DNA from: Prevotella sp.
GTDB taxonomy: Bacteria > Bacteroidota > Bacteroidia > Bacteroidales > Bacteroidaceae
Reading direction: 5' to 3'
Assembly: GCA_017538105.1 (NCBI GenBank)
Contig: JAFYJN010000048.1
Coordinates: 15,234-79,233 of the forward strand
DNA length: 64,000 bases
The stretch's first letter is position 1. Every line of letters begins with the position of its first letter. Made by a program: the position numbers and the translations under genes. The notes beneath the pieces were generated by a model that ran no database searches, was not told where the DNA came from, and saw only the letters and a list, made by a program, of their open reading frames with translations. Of the stretch, positions 1 through 10,675 are shown one piece after another.

Positions 1-1378
1 CCTTGAGGATGACCCCTTTGGAACGCGCATGTTCATGCACCCGTTTCATCTGGATATACAGCACGAATTGCACGAAGTAATGCAGTGCCACTGCCTTGTA
101 GGCCTTGCTCCGAACATTCGTCAACGCGGCACGGTCCGCCTCATCCCACGTCTGGTGGTCGGGCCACAGGCTGAAGTCAGCCGTGCCATAGGTATCGCGT
201 AGCATGCAGTACTGTGCATAGGGCACCAGCCACTTCTTGTTCTCTTCAAAGAAATGTTTATATTCCGCAGTCTGGAACGTCTTCTTACCCTCCTGTTCAA
301 AGAGCAGGCGGAGGTATTCGTTTTTCGCTTCGTTAACCCGTTCGTAATCGATTTGCGGCAGCGCATTCAGTTCCTTGCGCAATTTCTCGAAACGTTTGCG
401 CTGTGTGGCATCTGCCAAGGCAGGGAGTGCCTTGAAGTCGGCATATTGCGGATGGATGGCGAAGATGCTGATGCAGCTATAAGGATAAGAGTCGGTCCAA
501 GTGTGTGTGATTGTCGTGTCGTTGATGGGCAGTATCTGCAGCAACCGCTGCTGGGTATGCGCCACCCAGTCGACCATCTTATGCAGGTCGCCGAAGTCGC
601 CCACGCCGAAACTCTCTTTCGAGCGCAGCGAGAACACCGGCACCAGGGTACCGGCACATTTCAGGTCATATACATCGAAATGCACCTCTGGTAATTCATA
701 GACTACCACATCGCCTTCTTCCATAGCTGGCAATGTGACCTTTCTGTTCTCGCCACGTTCCCACAGCGGAGCCACATCGGGGTCGTCGTCAAGGGCCACG
801 AATTTGAATTCGAAGGAAGGAGCGAGATATGAAGCGTCGACATCTACAATCCACTCATTATAATTATGCTCCGCCATAGGAAGCGCATTTTGGAGTTGCC
901 AGCCGCCAAGAATCTTGTCGCTCCCCACGAGCGCCAGCCTTTCTTCATGTCGCAGCTGCGGAGCCCGCACCTTGAAACGTACCGTTCGCGCATACTCCGT
1001 ATTCTCCACTGGAGCATGAGCATGTCTGTTCACACATTCGGTCATGGCCGAACTGTAGAGATAAGCATTCTCTGGGATGTCGACCCAATGGTCGTAAACA
1101 TGATAGGTTACACCCGATGCGCACGCCAGTTCCAATCTATGCGTTTCAAGCGTCCACTCACGACGAAGCACCTCGTCGCCGCGCACCACGCTATAGAAAT
1201 AGTCGATGGCACTACCTATTTTCAACACACTTTTCATTTCGCACGACCAATGGTAACCATCTATTGTTCCCATTTTGTAAGTCGTGACCTCACGTTCGCC
1301 GGCAGCCGCCGACACATGGTTTAACACCAATTCCTCGCCAAAGGCGGTTTGGTACTCGATATGAAAATGAAGGTTCAT
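1..1378 (-). CDS. malQ: 4-alpha-glucanotransferase (GH77, DPE2/MalQ-like with N-terminal CBM20-like domains), truncated by the window edge
   Basis: Not in the ORF track because it runs off the window. The minus strand from the ATG at 1378 reads MNLHFHIEYQTAFGEELVLN..., later GTLVPVFSLRSKESFGVGDFGDL and QILPINDT, typical of Bacteroidetes GH77. It lies in a starch locus. Confidence 0.88.
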   Translation of the reverse strand, partial: MNLHFHIEYQTAFGEELVLNHVSAAAGEREVTTYKMGTIDGYHWSCEMKSVLKIGSAIDYFYSVVRGDEVLRREWTLETHRLELACASGVTYHVYDHWVDIPENAYLYSSAMTECVNRHAHAPVENTEYARTVRFKVRAPQLRHEERLALVGSDKILGGWQLQNALPMAEHNYNEWIVDVDASYLAPSFEFKFVALDDDPDVAPLWERGENRKVTLPAMEEGDVVVYELPEVHFDVYDLKCAGTLVPVFSLRSKESFGVGDFGDLHKMVDWVAHTQQRLLQILPINDTTITHTWTDSYPYSCISIFAIHPQYADFKALPALADATQRKRFEKLRKELNALPQIDYERVNEAKNEYLRLLFEQEGKKTFQTAEYKHFFEENKKWLVPYAQYCMLRDTYGTADFSLWPDHQTWDEADRAALTNVRSKAYKAVALHYFVQFVLYIQMKRVHEHARSKGVILK

Positions 1379-1459
1379 AGTAACAAGGGTTAGTAATTAT
1401 GCGGTAAAATTACTAATTATTATAAGATGTTGTTCTCTGGCAAGCGTAGTTTTACGAAA

Positions 1460-1487
1460 AAAGCAATGCAAACGTTTGCATTGCTTT
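1460..1487. promoter_or_regulatory. LacI-family operator (perfect 28-bp palindrome) upstream of malQ
   Basis: AAAGCAATGCAAAC|GTTTGCATTGCTTT with a central CG and a LacI-type GCAAACGTTTGC core; a LacI gene is nearby. Confidence 0.75.
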
Positions 1488-1525
1488 GATGGGAATAAGG
1501 GGAATCGTAAATATAAAAGCTATCG

Positions 1526-2095
1526 TTACAATCCGACTGTCACAGAGAAGCCCATGGGCGACACTCCTACGCAGTATTTACCTTTCTCATTCCAGCCAGT
1601 TATCTTGTCACAAACCCAGTAGGCAGCCTCCGTGCCCAATACGCCGATGGCAGCACCCGCCGCAACGTCGTACCAGTGATGGCGGTTGCGAGCTACACGG
1701 TCCACTGCTGTGAACGTGGCCACTGTATAGCCTGCCACACTGATCCACGGACTGATGTGTCCATATTCCTTGTGCAAGGCATGAGCGCCCGCAAAAGCGA
1801 GGACACTATGTCCGGAAGGAAAAGCACGGTCATCAGTGCCATCGGGACGTTTCTCCTTGATGGAATGCTTGAGCACCCAAGCCACACCCGCCGAGAGGAC
1901 ATACGACGCACCCACATTGACGCCCATCCGTTTCCATGAGCTCTCACTCTCCACGCCCAAGCCCTTCAGCGCGAACACTGCTCCGAAAGGTACATACTGC
2001 AACACATCATCGGGACCGTCGCCATAGTATTTCTTGTCCTGGGCAGAGAGACCAAGCGACAAGAACAACGCTAATATAAAGAATAGTTTTCGCAT
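1526..2095 (-). CDS. PAP2-family phosphatase
   Basis: KxxxxxxRP, FPSGH and RxxxxxHHWYDV motifs; N-terminal signal peptide. Confidence 0.85.
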   Translation of the reverse strand: MRKLFFILALFLSLGLSAQDKKYYGDGPDDVLQYVPFGAVFALKGLGVESESSWKRMGVNVGASYVLSAGVAWVLKHSIKEKRPDGTDDRAFPSGHSVLAFAGAHALHKEYGHISPWISVAGYTVATFTAVDRVARNRHHWYDVAAGAAIGVLGTEAAYWVCDKITGWNEKGKYCVGVSPMGFSVTVGL

Positions 2096-2124
2096 AAGGA
2101 ATATGTTGTAATTGGGAGAGGTTA

Positions 2125-3426
2125 TTACCTCTTATCCTTGATAATTGTCACGGCAAGGGCCCCGCAAACCAGCAAGACTCCCGACACTATCATCATGTTA
2201 CTCTGCACACCGCCTACGAGACGCAGCACGACGCCACCGAGCAGGGCCGCCACAATCTGAGGCAAACAGATGGTGCCGTTAAACAATCCCAGGTATGCTC
2301 CCATGTGACCATAACCTTGGAGCGCATTCGTCACGAAGGTGAAAGGCATGGCCAGCATCGCCGCCCAGGCGCAACCGATGAGCAGGAAGGGCAGGATTTG
2401 CAAGTATTGGTTGGGGCAGAAGGGTATCAGCGCGAAGCCCAGACCACCCAGGACGAGACTAAGTGCGTAGGCCATCTTCGTGTTACTGAACTTGGGAAGA
2501 AGTGCTGCCCACACCACGCTGCCCATGGCTTGTATGGCATAGAGCACACCCGTCCAGTTGCCCGCCACCTGGTATGCTTCAGTGGTAGAATCCGCCGTTC
2601 CCCATACGGTGAGCGACACGGCATCCACGACGTAGGTCCACATATAGAGCAGCGCCGACCAGCAGAAGAACTGTACCAGACCTACTTTCCAGAAGGTGGA
2701 AGGAGCGTTCTTAAGCAACACGAACCAGTTGGCCTTCGTCTCGTTCTCTTCCTTTACGGGGTTATACTGACGATACTCCTCCGGAGTCCATTCCTTCACT
2801 TTGAAGGTGGTATATAATACACAAAGGATGAGGATGGCCGCACCTACATAGAATGACCAAACTACCGACTGAGGTACCACGCCTTCAGGAGCCGTGTTTT
2901 TCAGTCCAAGCCATGTGAAGATGAAGGGGAAGAGGAATCCCACCACGCTGCCTGCGTTGCACAGGAACGACTGTATGGAGTAGGCCTTCGCCTTCTGTTT
3001 CTCATTGACCATGTCGCCCACGAGCATCTTGAACGGTTGCATGGCCATGTTGATACTCGTATCGAGAAGCATGAGCATGAGCAAACCGAAAATCATCACG
3101 GCAGAGAGAGCCAGTCCAAGCGAACCCGCGTTGGGCAACAAGCACATCACCGCCACAGCCACGGCTGCCCCCACGAAAAGATAGGGGATACGTCGGCCAA
3201 AGCGGCACCATGTCTTGTCGGAGAGCGTACCCACAATGGGTTGCACCAATATGCCCATGAGCGGTGGCAATATCCAGAAGAAACTCAGGTCGTGTGGGTC
3301 GGCTCCGAGGGTTCGAAAGATACGCGAAATGTTTGCGCTCTGCAGTGCGTAGGCTATCTGAACGCCAAAGAACCCAAAACTAAGGTTCCACAGTTTCCAA
3401 AAGGAAAGGTCGGGTTTCTGTATCAT
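2125..3426 (-). CDS. MFS maltose/maltodextrin transporter (SLC45/GPH-like)
   Basis: LSFGFFGVQIAYALQ and SDKTWCRFGRRIPY motifs, about 12 hydrophobic segments, starch-locus context. Confidence 0.85.
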   Translation of the reverse strand: MIQKPDLSFWKLWNLSFGFFGVQIAYALQSANISRIFRTLGADPHDLSFFWILPPLMGILVQPIVGTLSDKTWCRFGRRIPYLFVGAAVAVAVMCLLPNAGSLGLALSAVMIFGLLMLMLLDTSINMAMQPFKMLVGDMVNEKQKAKAYSIQSFLCNAGSVVGFLFPFIFTWLGLKNTAPEGVVPQSVVWSFYVGAAILILCVLYTTFKVKEWTPEEYRQYNPVKEENETKANWFVLLKNAPSTFWKVGLVQFFCWSALLYMWTYVVDAVSLTVWGTADSTTEAYQVAGNWTGVLYAIQAMGSVVWAALLPKFSNTKMAYALSLVLGGLGFALIPFCPNQYLQILPFLLIGCAWAAMLAMPFTFVTNALQGYGHMGAYLGLFNGTICLPQIVAALLGGVVLRLVGGVQSNMMIVSGVLLVCGALAVTIIKDKR

Positions 3427-3427
3427 A

Positions 3428-3485
3428 AAAGATTAAAAGATTATAAGATTAAAAGACTATAAGATTAAAAGACATAAAAAAGATT
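3428..3485. repeat. Intergenic degenerate 8-bp tandem repeat (AAAAGATT/ATAAGATT)
   Basis: aaaagatt aaaagatt ataagatt aaaagact ataagatt aaaagac... Confidence 0.8.
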
Positions 3486-3504
3486 CGGCACACATCACCA
3501 AGCA

Positions 3505-4530
3505 CTATCTCGTGCTCCCTCGGATGATGAGACGTGTGCGCACCACGCGGCGCTCCACCTTGGTGATAGGGATATTGCCTTCCACCTTATTGATAAGTAT
3601 GTTGGCAGCCTCCTCACCCACCACATGTCCGCGCTGTTCCACGGTAGTGAGCATAGGGTCACAAGCCACCGCCCGCTGTCCGTTGGTGAACCCACACACG
3701 GATATATCGTCGGGAACCCTGAATCCCATGCGTTTGGCAGTGTACATGATACCGATGGCCGTATCGTCATTGACGGCGAAGAACGCATCGGGATGGTCAT
3801 CTATCTCCAGTAGTTCAGGAGTGATGAGTTCCGCATCGGCACGGTTGTCGCAGTAGCGCACAAATCGATCGTCGCACACCAGGCCATGGCGGCTCAATGC
3901 ATCATGGTAGCCATTGTATCGGTTTTTCGATATTTCCAGATTCATCGATGCCCCATAATAGGCGATGCGTGTGCACCCTGTATCGATGAGATGCTTTACC
4001 GCATTGTAAGCCCCCTGATAGTCGTCGACGACCACACGGCTGGCATCCACGCCCGTGCAAATACGGTCAAAGAATACCAATGGCACCCCGTTGTCGATGA
4101 GTCTTTGGAAATGGTCGAATTGCATGGTGTCCTTGGCCTGCGAAACAATGATGCCACATACCTTGTTTTCAAAAAACGACTGGCAAATAGCCACTTCACG
4201 CTGATACTGCTCATTGCTCTGCGCCACCATCAGTCGGTAGCCATGCGTGGAAGCTTCCTGTTCAATGCCACTGAGTATGGACGAGAAATAGAAATGTGTG
4301 AATTGTGGGATAATGACGCCGATGATGCGCAACGGTTTTACTCTTGTGTGACGCAATGACTCGGCAATCATGTTAGGAATAAAATTATGTTCGCGCGCAT
4401 AGGCCTTGATTAGCTCCCTGCGTTCGGGACTGATACGAGGACTGTCCTTAAGCGCACGCGAGACAGTAGCCACCGACACACCGAGTGCCTGTGCAATGTC
4501 TTTCATCGTTACTGGTTGGGGCTTATCCAT
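3505..4530 (-). CDS. LacI-family transcriptional regulator (MalR-like)
   Basis: HTH TMKDIAQALGVSVATVSRAL followed by a sugar-binding domain; start placed at MDKPQPV (4530). Confidence 0.92.
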   Translation of the reverse strand: MDKPQPVTMKDIAQALGVSVATVSRALKDSPRISPERRELIKAYAREHNFIPNMIAESLRHTRVKPLRIIGVIIPQFTHFYFSSILSGIEQEASTHGYRLMVAQSNEQYQREVAICQSFFENKVCGIIVSQAKDTMQFDHFQRLIDNGVPLVFFDRICTGVDASRVVVDDYQGAYNAVKHLIDTGCTRIAYYGASMNLEISKNRYNGYHDALSRHGLVCDDRFVRYCDNRADAELITPELLEIDDHPDAFFAVNDDTAIGIMYTAKRMGFRVPDDISVCGFTNGQRAVACDPMLTTVEQRGHVVGEEAANILINKVEGNIPITKVERRVVRTRLIIRGSTR

Positions 4531-4639
4531 AGGCTTGCTTTTATGTGTGCAAGAAAAAGCATCGCTTGATGAGTGCAAAAATAATCAAAACTCCCATACG
4601 TTGTCATCCTACACCGCTCATTTAAGTCATTTCACTTGC

Positions 4640-4714
4640 GCAATCGTTTGCACATTCAGAAACGCAAATTTATTGCAAAAAAAGTACAACGAATATGTAA
4701 GAAACTTAACTTTG
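4640..4714 (+). promoter_or_regulatory. susC promoter: LacI-type site GCAATCGTTTGC (4640-4651) and -7 box TAACTTTG (4707-4714)
   Basis: Matches the Bacteroidetes TAnnTTTG consensus and the operator core at 1468-1479. Confidence 0.65.
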
Positions 4715-4796
4715 CAAAAGATATTGCCATGAACCTAATCGATTTAACAAGCGAGAACACTATTAACAACCATATATTCTAACTTAATAACTATCA

Positions 4797-7700
4797 ATGA
4801 TGAAGCAGGTAAATTTGAGAATCCCCTTCAGGATTCTGTCCCTACTATTGGGGCTGTTCCTATCTGTAAGCGCCTATGCACAGCAAGTGACTGTGAATGG
4901 CCATGTTGAGGATGCTGCCGGCGAACCTATCATTGGAGCTACCGTACGTGTCCAGGGACAACCTGGAGGCGTGGTGACAGACTTCGATGGTAACTTCACC
5001 ACACAGGCAGCCTCGGGAGCCACATTGGAAATATCCTACATCGGATACCAGACGGCCACCGTGACCGCTTCCTCGAATGTCGTCGTGACATTGCAGGAAG
5101 ACTCCGAAGTGCTCAATGAAGTGGTGGTCATCGGTTACGGTGTCGTGAAGAAGACCGACCTCACTGGTGCCGTCACCGCCTTAAAGCCCGACTCGAAGAA
5201 CAAGGGTTTGGTGGTGACTCCTCAGGAGATGATGAGTGGTAAGATTGCCGGTGTGAACGTGACCAGCGATGGCGGTACGCCAGGTGGTAGCTCCACCATC
5301 CGCATCCGTGGCGGCTCATCGCTCACCGCCTCAAACAACCCTTTGATTGTGATTGACGGTGTTCCTATGGACAACAATGGTGTAAAAGGTTTGGCCAACC
5401 CCTTGGCAATGGTCAACCCGCAGGACATCGAATCATTCAACGTGCTGAAGAGTGCGTCGGCCACCGCCATCTACGGTAGCCGTGGTTCTAACGGTGTCAT
5501 CATCATCACCACGAAGAAAGGCCGCAGGGGCTCGACACCCAGCGTGTCATATGCCGGCAATGTGAACGTCAGCATGAAAAAGAAGACCATTGACGTGATG
5601 TCTGGCGATGAGTATCGCACATTTATCCGCGACATTTTCCAAGGTCAATCAAACTACGACGAGGTTGTCTCGCATCTGGGTAACGCTAACACCGATTGGC
5701 AGGACGAGATTTACCGCACGGCCGTGAGTCACGATCATAATGTGACCGTCTCCGGAGCGGCGGGCACACTGCCTTATCGTGTGTCGTTAGGATATACCGA
5801 CCAACAGGGTATTTTGAAGACCTCTGACTTCCAACGTTACACCGCCGCCGTTACCCTGAACCCCTCATTGTTCGACGACCACCTGAACATCACGTTGAAC
5901 GCCAAGGGTCTGTGGGCAAAATCGCAATATGCCGACGGCAGCGCCATCAACTCCGCCGTAGCCTATGACCCCTCGCAGAGCGTTTATGACCCCAGTGCCA
6001 CCAACTTCGGTGGTTATTTCCAATGGCAGGCATCAAGCGCCTCGCTCAACGATAGTTCATGGCCTTATACGTATAACAACCTGGCCACAAAGAACCCCGT
6101 GTCCATCCTTGAGTTGAAAGACGACCGGGCTATCAGCCGCACCTTTATCGGCAGCGCCGAATTCGACTACAAGATACATGGCTTCGAGGACTTGCGCCTC
6201 CATGCCACCTTGGGTGCCGACATCTCGAAAGGTAAGCAATGGACCGATGTTGATCCCCGTTCCCCGCTGGCTATCTACTACGGCTCACATGGTTGGGAGA
6301 CCATCATGAAACGCAACCTTACCCTGTCGACGTATGCCCAATACTACCACGACTTCAACGACGCGGCCAAGAACCACTTCGACATCATGGCCGGTTATGA
6401 GTGGGCACATTACTGGCGTACACAGCACAACAATTACTGGGGACTCTATCCCGAAACCAACAACGACAAGTCACTTGCCGGCACAAAACGCGGCGAGAGT
6501 TTCTACGACTACAAAACAGAGAACTACCTAGTGTCGTTCTTCGGCCGTGCCAACTGGAGCCTGATGGACCGCTATTACCTCACCGTTACCGTCCGCGACG
6601 ATGGTTCTTCACGTTTCAAAGACCATTGGTCGTTGTTCCCCGCCGTGGCTTTCGCTTGGAAAATCAATGATGAGAATAAGTTCCGTGATATCAGCTGGCT
6701 GAGCGACTTGAAACTGCGCCTCGACTGGGGTATGACTGGTCAGCAGGAGGGTATCGGCGATTATAACTACTTCCCTCTTTACCGCGTAAGCACCGACGCG
6801 CTGGGTTCGTTCTACGACTTGCTCGGCGACGGTCGTCTCATCCGTCCTGAAGCTTATGACCCCAATCTGAAATGGGAAACCACCACAACCTATAATATTG
6901 GTTTGGACTGGGGTATCTTCAACCAAAGGTTGACCGGTACCGTGGATTGGTACTACCGTAAGACCACTGACCTGCTGAACAGAGCATACGTGCCCGCAGG
7001 TGCCAGTTTCCGTAACACCGTAACCACCAACATCGGTCATCTATACAACACCGGTGTGGAAGTTGCCCTTAGCTGGAAAGCCATCCAGGCCAAAGATTGG
7101 TACTGGACCATCGACTATAACTTCACCTACAACAAGAACCGCATCACCAAACTTGGCGGTGGTGACGATCCCGACTACAAAGTGCTCACAGGTGGTATCT
7201 CCGCCGGTACGGGCGGCACCATCCAAGCACATGCCGTAGGTTATCCCGCCTTCTCATACCTGGTATATCAGCAGGCATACGATGACAATGGCATGCCCAT
7301 TGAGGGTCAGGTGGTAGATCGTAATGGTGACGGTCAGATCTCTGAAGCAGACCAGTATTTCTACAAGAACCCTGTGGCCCCTGTCACAATGGGTCTGGCT
7401 TCACGTTTGGAGTACAAGAACTGGGACTTCGGCTTCTCACTGCGCGCCAGCATCGGCAACTACGTGTACAATGACTTCATGGCCGGCAACAGCACTTTGG
7501 CAACCAACAACATTTACTATAGTGGTTACTTGGTGAACCGTCCCACCTACGTGTTGCCTTACAAGTGGCAAACCTACGATGTGGAGGCCACACACTCCGA
7601 CCGCTGGGTACAGAACGGCTCGTTCTTGAAGTGCGACAATATCACGCTGGGTTACAGTTTTGCCAACTTGTTCAAGGTGGGTAACTACCATGGTGTGAGT

Positions 7701-7841
7701 GGCCGTATCTACGCCTCTGCCACCAACGTGTTCTGCATCACCAAATATAAGGGCATCGACCCCGAAGTGTTCGGTGGTATTGACAATGGCGTCTATCCGC
7801 GCCCCATCACCTTCCAACTTGGTCTGAATCTCAACTTCTAA
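4797..7841 (+). CDS. susC: SusC/RagA TonB-dependent outer-membrane transporter
   Basis: LNEVVVIGYG, PLIVIDG, SASATAIYGSRGSNGVIIITTKKG, LKWETT; C-terminal Phe. Confidence 0.96.
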   Translation: MMKQVNLRIPFRILSLLLGLFLSVSAYAQQVTVNGHVEDAAGEPIIGATVRVQGQPGGVVTDFDGNFTTQAASGATLEISYIGYQTATVTASSNVVVTLQEDSEVLNEVVVIGYGVVKKTDLTGAVTALKPDSKNKGLVVTPQEMMSGKIAGVNVTSDGGTPGGSSTIRIRGGSSLTASNNPLIVIDGVPMDNNGVKGLANPLAMVNPQDIESFNVLKSASATAIYGSRGSNGVIIITTKKGRRGSTPSVSYAGNVNVSMKKKTIDVMSGDEYRTFIRDIFQGQSNYDEVVSHLGNANTDWQDEIYRTAVSHDHNVTVSGAAGTLPYRVSLGYTDQQGILKTSDFQRYTAAVTLNPSLFDDHLNITLNAKGLWAKSQYADGSAINSAVAYDPSQSVYDPSATNFGGYFQWQASSASLNDSSWPYTYNNLATKNPVSILELKDDRAISRTFIGSAEFDYKIHGFEDLRLHATLGADISKGKQWTDVDPRSPLAIYYGSHGWETIMKRNLTLSTYAQYYHDFNDAAKNHFDIMAGYEWAHYWRTQHNNYWGLYPETNNDKSLAGTKRGESFYDYKTENYLVSFFGRANWSLMDRYYLTVTVRDDGSSRFKDHWSLFPAVAFAWKINDENKFRDISWLSDLKLRLDWGMTGQQEGIGDYNYFPLYRVSTDALGSFYDLLGDGRLIRPEAYDPNLKWETTTTYNIGLDWGIFNQRLTGTVDWYYRKTTDLLNRAYVPAGASFRNTVTTNIGHLYNTGVEVALSWKAIQAKDWYWTIDYNFTYNKNRITKLGGGDDPDYKVLTGGISAGTGGTIQAHAVGYPAFSYLVYQQAYDDNGMPIEGQVVDRNGDGQISEADQYFYKNPVAPVTMGLASRLEYKNWDFGFSLRASIGNYVYNDFMAGNSTLATNNIYYSGYLVNRPTYVLPYKWQTYDVEATHSDRWVQNGSFLKCDNITLGYSFANLFKVGNYHGVSGRIYASATNVFCITKYKGIDPEVFGGIDNGVYPRPITFQLGLNLNF

Positions 7842-7860
7842 CAAATAAAGATTAAAAGTC

Positions 7861-9474
7861 ATGAAAAGATATATCAAGACATTTGTTCCTCTGTTAGCCA
7901 TAGCGCTGTCTTTCGGAACAAGTTCATGTGTCGGCGATTTGGATGTGGATCCCATCGACCCCAACTATGCCGATGTCAATCCTGAACAGCTTTTCAACAA
8001 ATGCTATGCCACCATGGCCGCTGCCGGTAACGGTGGTGCCGATGGCGACAGCGATGTTGACGGCATCGACGGAGGAACCTCGGGTTACTACCGTCAGATG
8101 TGGAACGCGCAGGAACTCACCTCCGACGAAGCCATCTGCGGATGGGGTGACGAAGGTATCTCCAATTTCTGCGACAACTCTTACGATGCCTCCCACCCAA
8201 TGCTGCGCGGTTACTATTATCGCCTCTATACGGCCATCACTTTCTGCAACCAATACCTGGAGCAGTTCAGCGACCACGACGCCACGATGACGGCCGAGAT
8301 TCGTTTCCTCCGCGCTTTCCACTACTACCAGTTGATGGACGGCTGGGGCAATATTGCCTTCACTACGGAAATTAGTTCGAACGCTCCACAGCAGCGTCCC
8401 CGTGCCGAGGTGTTCAAGTTCATCGAAGAGGAATTGCTGGATATCGAGGGCAACTTGAGCGACGCCAAGGCCAAGAAATCCACCGACAGCGGCTATGGCC
8501 GCGTGGACAAGGCCGCCGCTTGGTTGTTGCTGGCTCGTCTATATCTGAATGCCGAGGTGTACACCGGCACCCCCCAGTGGGACAAGGCCGCCGAATATGC
8601 CCAAAAGGTAATGAACTCCGACTACAAGCTCAACACTTCGGGTGTGGGCGTATGGAGCGCCTACCAAATGTTGTTCATGGGTGACAACGGTGAGACAAAT
8701 GCCGCGTACGAGATGATTTTCCCATTGTTGCAGGATGGCAAACGCACCACATCATGGGGTACCTCGCTTTACCTGATAGCTGGTACGTGGAAAGGTGACC
8801 TCATGCACGAGAACCCCTTGGATCCTTCTGCCACCAATGGTACTGGACAGGACTGGAAAGGTCAGCGTGCCCGTAAGGAATTGGTGCTGAAATTCTTCCC
8901 AAGTGGCAACGCACCCCTCGGTCTGCCAGGTTATGAGATGAAGAAAGAAGCCGGCGACGACCGTGCCATGTTCAGCAGCGTAGGCTGTACACTGGAGAAC
9001 GAAGAAATGGGCGTGTTTGAGAGCGGTTTCTCCGTGGCCAAGTTCACCAACTTCAAGACCGACGGTTCTTCTGGCCATGACTCGAACCATCCCGATATGG
9101 ACTGCCCCTTGATGCGTAAAGCCGAGGCCTACCTTATCTATGCCGAAGCCACAGCCCGTCAGAACGGCGGAAATGCCACTTCTGCCGGTGTCGACGCACT
9201 AAACCAGTTACGCCTGCGTGCCCACGCCACAGCCAATTCAAGTTACTCGCTCAACGACATCTTGGATGAGTGGAGCCGTGAGTACTACTTTGAAGGCTTG
9301 CGTCGCACCTGTCTCATCCGCTTTGGAAAATACGGAGGCTCCACCGATTATCAGTGGTCATGGAAAGGCGGCACCTACGAAGGCCGTGACTTCCCCGCCT
9401 ACCGCAATCTCTTCGCCATTCCGACTACTGACCTGACCGCCAACAGCAATCTTGTTCAGAATCCCGGCTACTAA
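7861..9474 (+). CDS. susD: SusD/RagB glycan-binding lipoprotein
   Basis: Lipobox TSSC, RFLRA, EYYFEGLRR, C-terminal QNPGY; directly after susC. Confidence 0.95.
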   Translation: MKRYIKTFVPLLAIALSFGTSSCVGDLDVDPIDPNYADVNPEQLFNKCYATMAAAGNGGADGDSDVDGIDGGTSGYYRQMWNAQELTSDEAICGWGDEGISNFCDNSYDASHPMLRGYYYRLYTAITFCNQYLEQFSDHDATMTAEIRFLRAFHYYQLMDGWGNIAFTTEISSNAPQQRPRAEVFKFIEEELLDIEGNLSDAKAKKSTDSGYGRVDKAAAWLLLARLYLNAEVYTGTPQWDKAAEYAQKVMNSDYKLNTSGVGVWSAYQMLFMGDNGETNAAYEMIFPLLQDGKRTTSWGTSLYLIAGTWKGDLMHENPLDPSATNGTGQDWKGQRARKELVLKFFPSGNAPLGLPGYEMKKEAGDDRAMFSSVGCTLENEEMGVFESGFSVAKFTNFKTDGSSGHDSNHPDMDCPLMRKAEAYLIYAEATARQNGGNATSAGVDALNQLRLRAHATANSSYSLNDILDEWSREYYFEGLRRTCLIRFGKYGGSTDYQWSWKGGTYEGRDFPAYRNLFAIPTTDLTANSNLVQNPGY

Positions 9475-9525
9475 TCATAAGAAGATGCAACACATGCGTC
9501 AAATTCAAAACATAGCATTACGACA

Positions 9526-10650
9526 ATGAAAAAGATAATCAAGTCAACACTGCTGCTTTTGTGCGGCATGGGGTTGTTCACCGCCTGTTCCGACGACAAC
9601 GACTCCAACCCCACCCTGTTGCGGCCGACCACGTTTGTGTTGAACACCCCAGCCTATGCTAATTCAGCCATCGACCTGGCCACAACGTCCGGCATACCCT
9701 TTACGTGGTCTCAGCCCGACTATGGCTTCCCTGTGGAAGCGGAATACCAGTTGGAGGTGTCGAAAGACGGCAACTTCACAGTCAACCTCGAAGATGTGGA
9801 TGAAGAGCATCTCACCGATGCCAACTATGCCACGTTGAAAGCTTACTACAGCCTACCCCAAGGCTCCATGGATGTCAACGCGTTGTCGAACGCCATCAAC
9901 CAAATGAATGGTTGGACTGCCGACGATGCTCCCAACGAGGCGACGGTATATGTACGTGCCACGGCAACGACCAAAGGAGCACCAGTCATCTACTCCAACG
10001 TAGTGACCATCAAAGTAGTGCCCACCCTTGAAGTGATTGTCACCTATCCTGAGTTTATCTATGAGATTGGTAACGAGAGCGGTTGGAGCACAGCATATCC
10101 GATGCGCAGCCCGAACCTCGATGGCATCTATCAATCCTACAATTACCTTGACGGAGCCTTCAAGTTCAGGCCCAATGCCGACAATTGGGACGGTGACTGG
10201 GGACAGGATCCCTCCGGTGCTTATGGAGCGTTGGTTGAGAGTGGCGAGGAAGACTGCAACAAGTCTGACGGAGCCTTCCCCGACAATGTATTCGGAGCCG
10301 GATTCTACCAGATTGATGTCAACATCATCGATATGACCTGGAGTGTTACCGAGGTGAAGACAATCAGCATCATCGGCGACTTCAATGGTTGGGGTGATGA
10401 CGTAGACATGACTTACAATAAGGAAGAGGGCTGTTGGGAAGCCGTAGCCACGGTATCCGACGGTGGTCTGAAGTTCCGCATGAACCACGACTGGTCTGTG
10501 AGCTGGGGTGGCAGGACCAAGGAAGATCCCGACCTCAATGACCTGACGCAGAATGGTGGCGAGAATATCCCCGTGGCAGCAGGCACTTACAAGTTCCAGC
10601 TCTATATCAGCTACGAAGGAAACAACCGTGTGGTCATCACCGCACAGTAA
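9526..10650 (+). CDS. susE: SusE-like starch-binding lipoprotein
   Basis: Lipobox FTAC, NPTL..PTTFVLNTP, FTWSQPDYG, IIGDFNGW, KFRMNHDW. Confidence 0.85.
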   Translation: MKKIIKSTLLLLCGMGLFTACSDDNDSNPTLLRPTTFVLNTPAYANSAIDLATTSGIPFTWSQPDYGFPVEAEYQLEVSKDGNFTVNLEDVDEEHLTDANYATLKAYYSLPQGSMDVNALSNAINQMNGWTADDAPNEATVYVRATATTKGAPVIYSNVVTIKVVPTLEVIVTYPEFIYEIGNESGWSTAYPMRSPNLDGIYQSYNYLDGAFKFRPNADNWDGDWGQDPSGAYGALVESGEEDCNKSDGAFPDNVFGAGFYQIDVNIIDMTWSVTEVKTISIIGDFNGWGDDVDMTYNKEEGCWEAVATVSDGGLKFRMNHDWSVSWGGRTKEDPDLNDLTQNGGENIPVAAGTYKFQLYISYEGNNRVVITAQ

Positions 10651-10675
10651 TGCGTAACCTAAAATAAGTACAGCA

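Noticed and set aside
121-1324. Short ORFs listed in the track over the first 1.3 kb, and other long antisense ORFs such as 11690-12499, 29443-30291 and 58190-59038
   Set aside because: Shadow frames of well-supported genes; the real gene at 1-1378 is the truncated GH77.
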